Origin: Selaginella moellendorffii
Lineage: Eukaryota > Plantae > Lycopodiophyta
Assembly (NCBI RefSeq): GCF_000143415.4
Contig: NW_003314264.1
Location: forward strand, 210,693 to 264,182
Length of the DNA stretch: 53,490 nucleotides
Direction of reading: 5' to 3'
Positions 38,640-50,928 of the stretch are shown piece after piece. The first letter of the stretch is position 1. Each line of letters opens with the position of its first letter. The notes under the pieces were generated by a model, which saw only the letters and a program-made list of their open reading frames with translations, ran no database searches and was not told the DNA's origin. A program made the translations under genes and the position numbers.

Positions 38640-38663
38640 TCCCACTTTAACGAAATAGAGCTT
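38640..38663 (-). repeat. Right terminal inverted repeat
   Basis: tcccactttaacgaaatagagctt; its reverse complement matches the left TIR at 23/24. Confidence 0.9.
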
Positions 38664-38668
38664 CGATC

Positions 38669-39373
38669 CAGGAAAAATCAAAGGTAACCTCTTGGCTCGT
38701 GGCGACGAATGGGCTACCAGTGGGCCAGCGGTTTCAAGCGGAGAATGCTTGCAGGTGTTCGAAATGCGGGGAATTGGAGACGGTCACACACCTCCTCTGG
38801 GATTGTGACGTGGCCAAGGAGACGTGGCAGCAGGTAGCAAAAGCGACGAGGGAACTAGGAGACAAGCAAGACTTCAAAATTCGAGAAGGGGATGTCACCC
38901 AATGGTTTCCAGAGGCAAGGGGACCATGCACAGAAGCAGCTTGGCGGAAGATCGGGTGTTGGGGACACACAGGATGGGGCACCCGAGTTAGGTGGGATGC
39001 AGTAGGAGCCAAAGTTGGGACCACAGTGTGGGAGGCCCTTGGACGGGCGAGATGGGAGGTATGGCGGGCTTCTAGGGTACAAGCACTTTAGGAGGCTCGG
39101 AACCGCAACCACTTCGAAGGGTAGTGCGCTTGGATTTCAGCAATCATGGTGAATTGGTGGAGGCTCACACTGGCTGCTATCCGCTTGAGGGATACGCTGC
39201 TCCAGGAGCATAGGAAAAATAGGGAGGCACTCACAGCTTGGCGACGACTATGGACTCCGTGCTATGGAATTGAACACAAGGGGGAGGTCAAGTGGAAATG
39301 GAGACCTTTGGACATGGTAACAAAGGAGGCTCGACATGGCGATCTGGCACTGGATGCACTGCAGAGGCGATGA
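38669..39373 (+). pseudogene. LINE ORF2 C-terminal fragment, right half (zf-RVT)
   Basis: KVTSWLVATNGLPV...CSKCGELETVTHLLWDCDVAKETW. Confidence 0.8.
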
Positions 39374-40494
39374 CCACAGCAGCCACGATTGGAGGGCAGC
39401 AGTCACTATTAGGTGGAGAATTGCAGGATAGTGTAGTTGAGTGAACAGCGCTAAGGGATTCTTGTTTTTGAATCAGTCCCTAAGGGACTTGGAGAAATGT
39501 ACATACATGTTGCATCAACACTCCATGGCAAAGGGCAAAATCCTAAACCTAGAGATATGTCCTTTTAGGGGTGGAGACATAACATATCAACAACTAGCTC
39601 GCTAAAGAAAATGCAAAGCTTCACAGTGATATTCACATTTTGAAGGCAAAGCAGCCCATAGTAATGGAAGATGACAATGAAAGTGAACACGATGAGGAGA
39701 ATGACAATGATGAAGAGTTCCATTAGTGACTCAAAAAATTCAAGGTTGAACTTGCAGGAAATTCAGCGCCAACAAAGCCAACCAACACAATGGAGCAGTA
39801 GGAACCTTGAGATGAAACTCCGTTTAGTCATGGGAGAGTGAAGCACAGCAGATTAAACATACATTTAAGCATTTTCTTGATAGTTAGGATTATGACCTTG
39901 ACATTCATGGTTATGATCTTGATAATTAGGACTCATGAAGAAGTGGTGGTTGCCACCATGTAGGAGTAGTTGAGGGGGAGAGTTAGCACTTGACCCTTAT
40001 CCTTATCTCTATTGTATTTTAGTTTATCACTAATGCACATCCATTTACTTAAGACTCAGAGTATTCTAGTGATGTTAAGCCTATCCTTACTCATGACCAC
40101 TTGCATGAGCCTTGTTGGGGATTGAAGGTCTCATATTAGTTTCTAATTAACTAATGTGTTTAGTAGCTTATTCCAAGGCAAGAATTAATGTGCCAATGCA
40201 AAATAATAACATCGAAAGCCCTCTATTGTTCTACAACCATAGTAGCAGACCTATGTAGCTAGTCACAATCACAAGCCTAACTACACCAGAATTCTTCTAG
40301 TTTTCACTGATGGTAACTTTAGGTGTCTAAAGTGGGACCAAACACATGGAGCACTTGAATTGAGTGCAAGATTGGTATAGGATTAGACACATAGAGCATT
40401 TAAACCAAGTGCAAGGTCAGTGTGGTCGTGAGAACACACATGGGGGGGCTAGCAAGTACCTCAATGTAAGCTTTTAAATTTCAATTTATCCCAC

Positions 40495-40812
40495 CCTCTT
40501 GATACCCTACCCCTCGGGTTGAGCCTAGTTAGAGCAAATTAGATTTGCCAGATATCGATTAACATATGGTGTGATTCCCTTAGCTAACAAAAAGAGTCAA
40601 ATCTAAAACCCCTTTAATACCAAATATAAGCTCCTAAATTTAGACTTCTTAGGAAGTCACCCAACTTAGTATTACTCAAATCCAAGGATATTTAACCCCA
40701 AGTATCCAAAACCTTTAACCAATTGAAAAAGGGAGTGCACTCTTATTCATAGGTTCCTTCTATATTTGAACCTTTATAAATCATCTCTTAATTTATTTTT
40801 TTTGGTTGCTTA
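40495..40812 (-). mobile_element. Decayed Cassandra-like TRIM (LTR 3' part with 5S, PBS, internal domain, PPT, LTR start)
   Basis: Reverse complement matches 28127-28320 and then 27921-28047, with heavy C>T/G>A decay. Confidence 0.7.
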
Positions 40813-42308
40813 TATTCAAGTTAGGATAAGGACCTACAAAGGTTGTGAGTGAGACTCCTTCAAGTGGTAAAGGGCGTGATTAAGTGACTAAAGTAGAATG
40901 GAAACTTTAGTTGCTTACACCATATACTTGTCCAACGGAAAGTTAACACCTAACGTACAACATAAACTATCACAGATAAGTACGGATAAAATGACTACTT
41001 AAATTCAATCATATAGAAATAAGCCTTATTTATATGTATAGCTAATAGCTCTAAGTATAACCAAAGAGGCTAGCTAAGCATGATCAACATTCAGATCAAA
41101 TTAAAGTGAAGACTATAAGATAGACTTGTATAAGTACACAACCTCCTAATAAACAAGACTAATATCTCAATAGTAAAAACTAAGTTTGATATCATCATCC
41201 TTAGCCAAGGCATAAAGCTAAAAAAGACTAATTCAAGATCAGTGAGAGCTCATTACTCTCATAGAGTTTAACGAAATACAAGATGCAACTTACCACCAAG
41301 TATAATGTTATAATAGAAAAGTATAAGGGTCACCTTTTTAAAAAAGCACTATAGCCACTTTTCTATGCTAAATCTAAACTCTATTCAACCTAATTTCCTT
41401 AGCCCTAAAAGTCAATATTCTTTTTTAGGCCACATTATATAAATTATGTACTAAAGTCTAAACTAACTAAAGTCAACTCTATCTCCTTCACTAGTTTGTA
41501 ATGGCTTTTGAAAACAAAATTGTTTCCAAGCAAAATGATTAGCAAAAGAGCCATTGAAAAAGCTTAAGGAAACTATGGAAAATTTTTCATCCTAGAGAAA
41601 GAATAACTCTCAGTTTAAAATTACAAATTTCTAAGACTCAACCAACTTCCTTCTACTTACAACTTCATATAAGTTCATCCTAACACAAATTTTTATGACT
41701 TAAAAATATGCTTAAGTATGTAACATTATGCCTATATTTTTTATATCCAACATCGGCTAATGAATACCTAAATTTTGATCATGAAGAATATATCTTCAGA
41801 TGTCTATATATCTTTAGATGCCAACTCAAAGTGTAACTTTAAGTTACCAATATGCCTCAATCACAAGCCAAGCACAAACTTGTGCAAATGGTATATTTTA
41901 AATCCATCTTGTGAGCCCAAATGAAAGCTCATATAATATAATATGAAAAGGTAACTAAAATCCATACCCAAGGCAAAGCTATAACAACTAAATGTCTACC
42001 CATTCAGATCATTATTTTCATCTCTACATATGTAATATGACTAGTTTCCCAATTTCATTGAATAATCTTCTGATACCAAATATAGCACATGAATTTCACC
42101 CTTTATCTTATTGTGATTTACTATAGGATAACTATGGAGTGCAATGTAACAATTGGACATGTGGGCTAAAAATAATGGACCAAAACCTAAGTTCTAGGGC
42201 CTTGGGCCATTGACTGAAGGGACAGAACCAAACTTCCAAGTTACAACCAAGGAGGGAAGGAATTGAAGTGCAAAACAACTCTTGAGCATATAACCCAAGG
42301 AGTGAAGA
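40813..42308 (-). mobile_element. Old deleted family-B element fragment (internal region, PBS, partial LTR from 42081)
   Basis: Homologous to parts of 22500-23430 and 24675-25200; LTR cut at 42308 by the next element. Confidence 0.75.
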
Positions 42309-45300
42309 TGTTGCGAATGTGACTTCGGGTATCGAAAGTTACTTATCTACTAGTCCTTATGGACACTCTTTCCTTACTACCACGACGGCAAGAGGTCGGT
42401 ATTGCTGGACCCTTTATCAATCCTTCTTGTGCTAGTGGAGTTAACTAGGCATTTCGAGTGTACTTAAACCGGACAAGCATAAAGACAGAATTTCTATATG
42501 TTATTAGCTAAGCATACTTAGTTTGGTAAGGAGTTCCCGTCTCCTTATATCTTGTATCTTGCACTAGCTAGTGACAAGAACCCTCGCATATTGAAATTAG
42601 TCCCTTAATATCGCTACATGATTGCTTACCGTGTTTGCTAAACACCCTCGCTATCATGCCTTTTGTATTAGCCTCATTCTGGTTCGAAATGCTATTTATG
42701 GAAAGTGTCCAGATTTGCTCATTTGGCATATTTACGGAATGTAGAGATTGTCTTAAACACAATGGTGTGCATCCTGTGTCTAAATTCACAATCTAGGGAT
42801 ATTCTATATTTAATAAGTTTTGAGCTTGTCCTAGAGACTAACTCCTGATACTAAATGAGGTTTGGGGTGAAAGCCTAAAGTATGTGTTCCTCAAGGGGGG
42901 GGGGGGGGGGGGTTGGGGCTGTGGGGGGTTCCAAATGTATAATTGAATAGTGGGTAGGTTGGGCATGGCTAACCAACTTAAGGTATAGTCTAGCTCCTGT
43001 TTGCGTGCCTATCCTTGTTCTGCGTCTAGCTTGGGTCTAAGCCCAAGCTCCACACCATGCTAGCTGATGGAGTACCCATATCCTCGCGTTAGGCCACCAG
43101 TATCCTGAAATAGTGCTAGACTCTATTTGGCTCCATTTTGCATGTTGGCATTGGGATGCTAGATATTCTAGGACTGTTTTAAGTCACTTTGTGCTCCTAT
43201 CCCTTCGCTCTTTGGGCTGTATGCTCGGGAGTCATTTTGTGCTCCAGTGCCATTGCTCCTTGGCTCCATGTTTGGGAGTTTGGCATCGTTCCTTCATTCA
43301 GTGGCCCAAGGCCCTGAAACTCAAGTTCCACACCACTGTCCTTTGGACATATGGCATATAACATGTGGCATATAGAAGGTTTAGGTTTCACTTTGTGGTT
43401 ATTCTATGGTAATTTACCATAGGATAAAAGGTAAAAACCACATGTGCTACATTTAGTATCAGAAGATGAGTCTCAGCGAGTACTATCGAATGAGATTAGG
43501 CAACTAGTCTCATTGCATACATAGAGATGAAAACAATGATTCGAGTGGGTACACATTTGGGTGGTAAGACTTTGCATACGTTGGGTATGAAATTTGGTTA
43601 CCTTTTGTACTAGAATATATGAGTTTGCGCTTGGGCTCATAAGTTGGATGTAAGATGTTCCATTTGCATGAGTTTGTGCTTGAGCTCATGAGTGAGGCAC
43701 ATTAACAATTCAAGGTTACGCTTTGAGTTAGCAAAATTAATATTCGCCTATCAGTGGTTCCATGAGTTGTTCTCTGTACCATGGGTGAAAGTAAACCTTC
43801 TCTGGGTTTGCTATGAGTGGCAAATAGACTGGTCCATAGTTGTTTAGCACGGCACTAGTGGATCCTTCCTAGGCATGATTTTAAGTGAATCAATCAAGAC
43901 TGTAGGGATTAGTCTATTGGTTCAAGTAGTCATTACTGTGCTTTCTCATAAACTTCTCTTGGGTTGAATTGAAGGCAATGCAAAAGCAAGCTTGAGGTTT
44001 AGTCAAAGATGAAACCGAAAAGAGAGTCGTCAGGGACGAAGGATCAAACACATAAATCATCTTCTTTTCTTGGAGAGATGATTAGAAATGAGGTGTTAAC
44101 CCATTGCTCGTGTTCATAGTATGCAATCAAGAGTCCCTATCTTGATGCATGTTGGAAATGATAGTCTTACAAATAGTGAGTTGTGAGATGGATATCAATG
44201 AAGCGCTAAACCATTTTGTCTAGGCTTGCTATTGGAAGACTTGGGTTGCAATGCTTAATTTTTTTCCGGAGAACCTTGTTATTACTCCTTGAGTAGCTTA
44301 GTGTTGAATTAGTTTTGAGTTTGGTCGAAAAGAGAGTGGCATGAGCTTATCTGTGTTGTGAACAAAAGCTAGTGGTGTTAAGTGTTGTAAATCTTTATCG
44401 GTGGGGTGTGACATTTATGTTGCATTTATTCAAATCGAGTTAGCACTTGATACTCACATAAACCTTGTAATAGTGACATGGGCATTGCTCGTGGTGTTGC
44501 TCGATTGATGATCAAGTCATTGTGATTTTATATCATATCCATATGATAATGAATAATGTGTTTATGAAGTTTCTTGGGTAAACAATGATCAACTCCAAAG
44601 GTGGTTGATAGTGAAGTTAGTCTACTTACAAGTTGTAATATTGTAGTAGCTTTTGACTAAGTTCTTAATGGTGATCCATGATATGCTAAGCTGGTACCTT
44701 GTTTCCTTGAGGGTTTGCCCATGAGGTGTTTAAAAAAGGTTCTATCATTCATTTGCTATAGCTAGTCAATTGATCCATTAACACTTGGAGTAAATTGTTA
44801 GATGGAGAAGGTGTGTAGTTGAAGCATTGACATCGCTAGCACTTGTGTTAGTGGAAGTGGCATTGTTTCTTGAGCAATAAAAAATTCTTCTTAAACCTTG
44901 ATGTTCCATGTCATTTTTCTTGGTAGTGTTTTGGCTTTACATTGGATTTGGAAGGTGATTGAAGAAAAATGTTAGTGCAATATGAATATTTAAAGATTTA
45001 GTCTTTATGATTGAGTCTTGGATGTTCATTTTTCATTTTACGGATATCGGTGTTGGATGTCGGAAATATGGGCAAGATGTTTGATGCTTAAGCATACTAT
45101 GGGTTTTGGAAGTTGTTTGAGTTTTGGAAGTTTGCATTTTGAGACTAAAAGTCATTCTTTCTCTAGGATGGAAGATTTTTCACAAATTTTCTTAGGTTTT
45201 TCCAATGACTAATCTGTTGATCATTTTGCTTGAAAACCTTTCTATTTTCGAAAGTCAGTACAAACTAGTGAAGGGGTTGAAATTGACTTTAGTTGGCTTA

Positions 45301-45653
45301 AACATTAGTAAGTAGTATGTATGATACAACCCAAAAGGGATATTGACTTTTGAGGCTAAGGCAATTGAATTGGATAGAGTCTGGAGTTAGTGTAAAAAAG
45401 TGGCTGTTGCACTTTTCTCAAAAGATGACCCTTGTACCTTTCTTCTGTAGCGTTATGCTTAGTGGCAGATTGCACTTTGCATTTTGTTAAGACTCTATGA
45501 GAGTAGTGAGCTCTCACTGATCTTGACTTGGTCTTGGTAGATTTGCGTCTTGGCAGAGGATGGTGATGTCCAACTTAGTTGTTTAAGGTTGAGATGTTGG
45601 TACCCATACTATAGCTTTGTCTATGAGGAGCTTGTGTACCAATATGAGTCCAT
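42309..45653 (+). mobile_element. Family-B element: 5' LTR at 42309-43451 plus non-coding internal region, truncated by element D
   Basis: Reverse complement of B from 26076 down to about 22708; degenerate PBS tagtatcaga after the LTR. Confidence 0.88.
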
Positions 45654-48055
45654 TGTAAGGAACAACCTCCCCAAGGTGTCGTAGGCTAAAAGGATCCCCA
45701 AAAGCACGACCAAAATGATAAAGAGTTCATCGGATGGGACTGAGTCTGAGATCGAGTCCAAGACTGACTCTGAGACCGAGTTCGAGATAGAGTCTGGGAT
45801 GGAGTCTGAGGCCGACTTTGAGACCAAGTTTGAGACCAAGTTCGAGACGGAGTCTGAGATTTTAGATTGGGTCCGAGATCGAGTTCGAGGTCAAGTCTGA
45901 GATTGAGTTCGAGATCGGGTCTGAGGTCAAGTTCGAGATCGAGTCCGAATATTAATACAAGTCGAGGGGTGAAAGCCCAAAGCGTGTATCTCCCGGGGGG
46001 GGGGGGGGGGGGGCTACAGGGGGTTCCAAAAGTATATTACGGATAGTGAGGTGCAGGAACTAGTTTTGAAGGAATTCTCCTCTCAAAGAAGTTGGACAAG
46101 GCTCAGCAAAAGTGGCTTGCCCACGAGAAGGAATTATTTGTGGTGGTCAAGGCGCTCAAGGAGTGGTGACACTACTTTGCGAGGCACTTTAAAGTTTACA
46201 TAGATAATATGGCAACGAAACACTTCTTGTTACAACCCGACCTAAGAGGGAAACAAGGTTGGTGGGCCAATGCTTTGGCTGAGTTTGATTGTGAGATTCT
46301 GTATAAACTTGGGAAGAGCAACATCGTGGCAAATGCTCTAAGTCGAAAAGCAAGCTTGAAGTTGGCGATATCTAGCGCGACAGCAACCTTTTGGGACGAT
46401 ATACAGACAGCATATGAAAACAATGGTCTAGCACAAAAAGTGTTGCTGAGGAACCAAGAGGCATGAGAAGCTCATCAGAGAGGTGAGTTGCCAATGGAAA
46501 AGAAAACAGATTATATGAAACGCAATGGACTCATCTATTATAAACAAAGGAGAGTGTATATTCCAAAAGGGCAACTAAGGAAGGCAGCCTTAGAAGAGTG
46601 TCATGACGGACCTTTTGCGGGACACGGCAGAGTGCCCAAGATGATGGGTTTACTCAAGACGAAGTATCACTAGCCAGATATGGCTAAGGATATCCAAAAC
46701 TATGTAAAGATATGTCCAACATGTCAGCAAGTCAAAGCCGTGACTAAGGCTAGTGGGGGCTTGTTACAAAGCATCCCAATTCCAAATCGTCCTTAGAAAT
46801 GTCTTACGATGGACTTCATCACGAGACTCCCCCCAAGTGAGGGGTTTGATATGATATTCGTGGTGGTGGACCGATTTTCAAAGATGGCACATTTCATACC
46901 CACCACAACAGAAGTGGATACAGAAGGTGTGGCGAAACTATTCTTCAAATAAGTGGTTCCACTGTAGGGAAGGCTAGAATAGATTATCTCATATCAAAAT
47001 AAGATCTTCACTAGTAGGTTTTAGAGAACTCTCCTGGAATAATGTCGCACCAAGTTGAAATTCAACACAGTTTATCACCCATATATAGGTATTGGGTATT
47101 AAATCAAGTTTGATGGCACTAACACTTCTTGATAGACAGACAAACGAAAAGGGTGAATAGACAATTGGAGGATTATTTGCGATGCTATGTCTCGGGAGAC
47201 TAAACCGATTGGGTAAGTCATTTGGGACTTGCGGAAATGTGCTATAACAACTCACCATACTTGAGTATCGGGGTGAGTCCATGGGAAGTCATCAATGGGT
47301 GAGCTATTGAAGGTCCTATGGAACTCGGAATGGCCGAGTATCATGAAGAGTTACCTATAGTGGAGGCATTCACAGCAGAAAGACTCAACATTTAGAATCT
47401 AGTGAGGGATTCCTTGGAACGAGCTCAACAAAGGCAAACCAAGTATGTGAACAAGAAGTGCCAGGATGTAGAGTTCCAACCAGGGGAGAAGGTGTGGCTG
47501 AACACAAGGAACCTAAGGCTACCAAGTGGGATCAGCTGAAAGTTGACCCAAAGGTAAAAATGCATGTATTCCTAGAAATGAACTAATCTTAAGTTCCTTA
47601 AGTAGGTTCACAAGGCCTTACGAGATTGAGGCACGAATTAGTAAAGTGGCTTACTGCCTTCGACTTCCTCGAGAGATGGGAAAGATGCATTTAGTGTTCC
47701 ATGTGAACTTCATCAAGCTGTACTTTGAGGATCCACTTCGCAAGGACCAAGTGAGACCTCTACCTGAGAGGAAGAGGAATACGAAGTCGAGGCCATCCTC
47801 AATGCGCACAAGTGCAAGTGGCAAGGATGCGAGTTGAGGGAGTTCCATGTGAAGTGGAAAGGATTTCCACACTGTAAAGTAACATGGGAACCGGAGGAGA
47901 ACCTAGTGAACACACGAGATCTAGTGAAAGAATTTCTGCAAAGAAAAACTCTATGTACTGATACAAAGTTCAATTAAAAGTATCAATTGGTGAAGTTGAG
48001 CAATGGTATATGTTGGGACCCGAAGGCACGTTGAAGGTAAGCTAATTAGCATGGG
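45654..48055 (+). mobile_element. Old deleted A/C-family copy D (partial LTR, RNase H, integrase, chromodomain)
   Basis: LTR start tgtaagg at 45654; deletion jump near 46080 into RNase H; both introns retained (47089-47135, 47554-47605). Confidence 0.88.
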
Positions 48056-48461
48056 GATGGTCCAAAGTTGAGTTGAGCTCACGAGTTGAGCTCAATTCAG
48101 CTCAAGTTAATGCTAGTCAACATAGTCAACGATAAGTTTTATAAGGAAATATTAAGTCAGAAAAATGTTATTCTTTGGTGAACTTGAAATTTATGAATTT
48201 AAGTATCAATGGTTCAAAGAGATTTTTATTTTTTGAATCTTTCTAATACAGTTTATACAATTTCTAGAATTAGAAGTTCGTCTGAACCCATAGAAATTTT
48301 TGGGCTTTATTGGTCCTAAATAAAATGGGAACATTGAAGTTCGAATGAACCGGAAAATTTCTATTGTACATTTCAACATTTTAACATTTCAACAATTGAC
48401 CAGAAATATATAAATAATTCGAAACACTGATTCACTCGTTCATTCTTTAGGGTTTACAGAG

Positions 48462-48707
48462 ATGGGAAGCAAGGAAGACAAAAAATCTGTAAGTAGTTCT
48501 AGCATACAGAAATGTGAGAATGTGAATTTTGTTTCACTACCACAATCTCCATATTACACGCCTGGTCCTTATTACCCATCCGGGAATGTGGAGACCACTG
48601 TCACTATTGATAAAAATGCTCCTGTTACTTCCGAAACAACAATCCAGAGCAAGAGAAAAGAAGAAATGGACAGCACAGCGGAAAGCACTAATAAATCCAC
48701 TCTATGA
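48462..48707 (+). CDS. Small Ser/Thr-rich protein of unknown function, homologous to 5609-5881
   Basis: ATG-initiated 81-aa ORF sharing KNAPVTSETTIQSK and other blocks. Confidence 0.55.
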   Translation: MGSKEDKKSVSSSSIQKCENVNFVSLPQSPYYTPGPYYPSGNVETTVTIDKNAPVTSETTIQSKRKEEMDSTAESTNKSTL

Positions 48708-49148
48708 ACCTTTCAATGGCTTTTGTAATCCACTAAAATATTATAAAAAAATGTAAGTTTTTTTTATATATCTTATTCCTTTTGATATGTTTTGTCTATG
48801 CAAAGATATATGATGTAGACAAATCAAAGAATTAAATCTATATATGATTTTGGGATTGAAAGGTAATCTTGCAAAAAAGCATACTCGCGTGCCTGTGTAT
48901 ATTCGCTATTATTATATATGGCAAGCCAACTATATAAAATGAGGCTACATATTAATTATATGCTAGTTTTTAGCTTCTGAAACCCTATAGCCACTTGTTT
49001 CTCATAGTAGGTTGTAATTACTAAGACTGACAATTATCATTCACTATAGTGTCATGTCATAATAAAACATCATTCCCGAGATTGAAATATAGTATATTAA
49101 TGAGAGAATTCTTATTGCTAGGAAGTTTAATTCTTCTTGTGTATTGCA

Positions 49149-49703
49149 ATGGTTAAGAAGAAGTTTACTTTTGGTCCCGAAGGCCTTTCATATGAGTCTC
49201 CACCTCCATCTCCAATCTCAACCAATAATCCACCTTCACCTCTACGCAACAATCCTCCTTTTCATTTTGAGGGCTGTTGTGAAGCTCTTCCATTTGCGAC
49301 CTCGAGTGCAACTGAACAAAAACTCCTTCCTTATGATGTTGTTAAAAAAGTTGGATTGCCTCCAATGCTTCAAGAGCGATATCAATATTTTCTTCAAGAT
49401 CTTGCTCCAGACATGGCAGGGGAGCTTAATGTAGATACATATTATCTTCAGTGTCCTATATGCAACTTTTATTTAAACAAGACAGATGGTTGCATGGGTT
49501 TGGTAAATTTTATTGAGCATTGTCGCAAATGCCCAAGAGCGGGTTTGGAAGGTGTGCACGCGTGGATGTATAAGAAAATCAAGAAAGAATTAAAAACACA
49601 CAGCTATTATGATTTCATGGTGGAGAACAATATTCTATTGGTGAACACTGCATCAGTAAGTGCTGAATATGGGATATTTAGGCCACCCTTTAATGTAATG
49701 TGA
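49149..49703 (+). CDS. Zn-finger protein, paralog 1 (CxxC...H...H, zf-XS-like pattern)
   Basis: Intact ORF with strong protein-level similarity to 49962-50510 (SYESPPPSP, LQDLAPDM, YYLQCPIC, HC..CPR.G.EGVH.WMYKKIKKEL, SAEYGIFRP). Confidence 0.7.
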   Translation: MVKKKFTFGPEGLSYESPPPSPISTNNPPSPLRNNPPFHFEGCCEALPFATSSATEQKLLPYDVVKKVGLPPMLQERYQYFLQDLAPDMAGELNVDTYYLQCPICNFYLNKTDGCMGLVNFIEHCRKCPRAGLEGVHAWMYKKIKKELKTHSYYDFMVENNILLVNTASVSAEYGIFRPPFNVM

Positions 49704-49961
49704 AAGTCATGCATAGTTTTTTCAAAATGTTAATTCTTTATGAGTAAAGTGGAGAATTTTATATTTTCGAGAATGATATTATTCTAGCATGTATAAAGAT
49801 ATTATTATATATACAAGTGGTTCTGACACTGTTATAATTTTGAAGTCCCATTTTTGAGACTAACAATTTAAACTTTCAAGAACCCCTAGATCTTTTTTTA
49901 GTATAAATACCAACAAGGGATGCTTTCAACATTGAAATTTCAGTTTGTTTAGAGTGTAGGA

Positions 49962-50510
49962 ATGGCTAGGGAAAATGCTATTGCTACTCGCACTTGGCCC
50001 CCATGCATTTCATATGAGTCTCCACCTCCATCTCCAACTTCTACCAACATTCCACCGTTCCCTCCATACATCAATCGTTGTGAGGCTTTTTCTTTTGTAG
50101 CCCCAAGTGTGACTGAACAAGAGATCCCTCTTCCAGATAATGTTCTAGATGTTGCTACTAAAGATGGATTGCCTCATGTGCTTCAAGAGCGATGCCAGAT
50201 GTTTCTTCAAGATCTTGCTCCTGATATGGTTGAAACTTTTGAAAGAATGAACACATATTATCTCCAGTGTCCCATCTGCTACTTTTATTTAGATAAAACG
50301 GAAGGCTGTATGGGTCTAGAAACTTTTCTAGAACACTGTCACAACTGCCCAAGAACTGGTGTGGAAGGTGTGCATAAATGGATGTATAAGAAAATCAAGA
50401 AAGAGTTAAGAACACACAATAATTTTCATTTCATGGTGAGGAACAATATTCCGTTAGTAAATCCTACATCCACAAGTGCTGAATATGGTATTTTTAGGCC
50501 ATCCTACTGA
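49962..50510 (+). CDS. Zn-finger protein, paralog 2
   Basis: Intact 182-aa ORF; TATA-like tataaata at about 49902; paralogous to the upstream ORF. Confidence 0.72.
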   Translation: MARENAIATRTWPPCISYESPPPSPTSTNIPPFPPYINRCEAFSFVAPSVTEQEIPLPDNVLDVATKDGLPHVLQERCQMFLQDLAPDMVETFERMNTYYLQCPICYFYLDKTEGCMGLETFLEHCHNCPRTGVEGVHKWMYKKIKKELRTHNNFHFMVRNNIPLVNPTSTSAEYGIFRPSY

Positions 50511-50635
50511 AAATTCCAGCCTCTAATAATTCTTACACTATGATATTATTCATTCCCCCCCCCCCCACCTTTTTTTTATTAACAAAATTGTATTACCTAT
50601 AGATAATAAATTGATAATACTAGTAATTATGAAAT

Positions 50636-50767
50636 TTGACAGACTGACACTGTAACTTTGTCATCTCTGACACTGACACTGTCTCTGTCACTGACACTAT
50701 CACTGTTGCTATCTGCTACACTGACATTGTCAGTGTCACAATCATTATCACATTGACATGTGACACA
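50636..50767. repeat. Cluster of TGACA/TGTCA pentamers
   Basis: About a dozen tgaca/tgtca copies in both orientations between convergent genes. Confidence 0.7.
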
Positions 50768-50928
50768 TCTTTCTCATTGCATTCAATTGTCTTTTAATGT
50801 ATCATTAATAAATAGATTTTTCATACCACTCCTCAATTTACACATTGCATATGATGTGCCATGCATACCTAGGAAGACTTCTAGAAAACTAAATATATAT
50901 TATTTATAAGTTTTTAAAACATCATAAA

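Larger units (their letters stand above)
4949..38663 (-). mobile_element. Large TIR DNA transposon (Sola1/DUF7869-like transposase) with cargo genes; about 13.8 kb native plus 19.9 kb of nested LTR elements
   Basis: 24-bp TIRs matching 23/24; CGATC on both flanks (4944-4948, 38664-38668); removing the element restores the LINE reading frame; internal transposase and element-wide palindromes. Confidence 0.88.

Noticed and set aside
39500-40490. Possible old LTR-element end (PPT-like agttgagggggagag near 39968)
   Set aside because: No partner LTR, TSD or coding motif could be identified.
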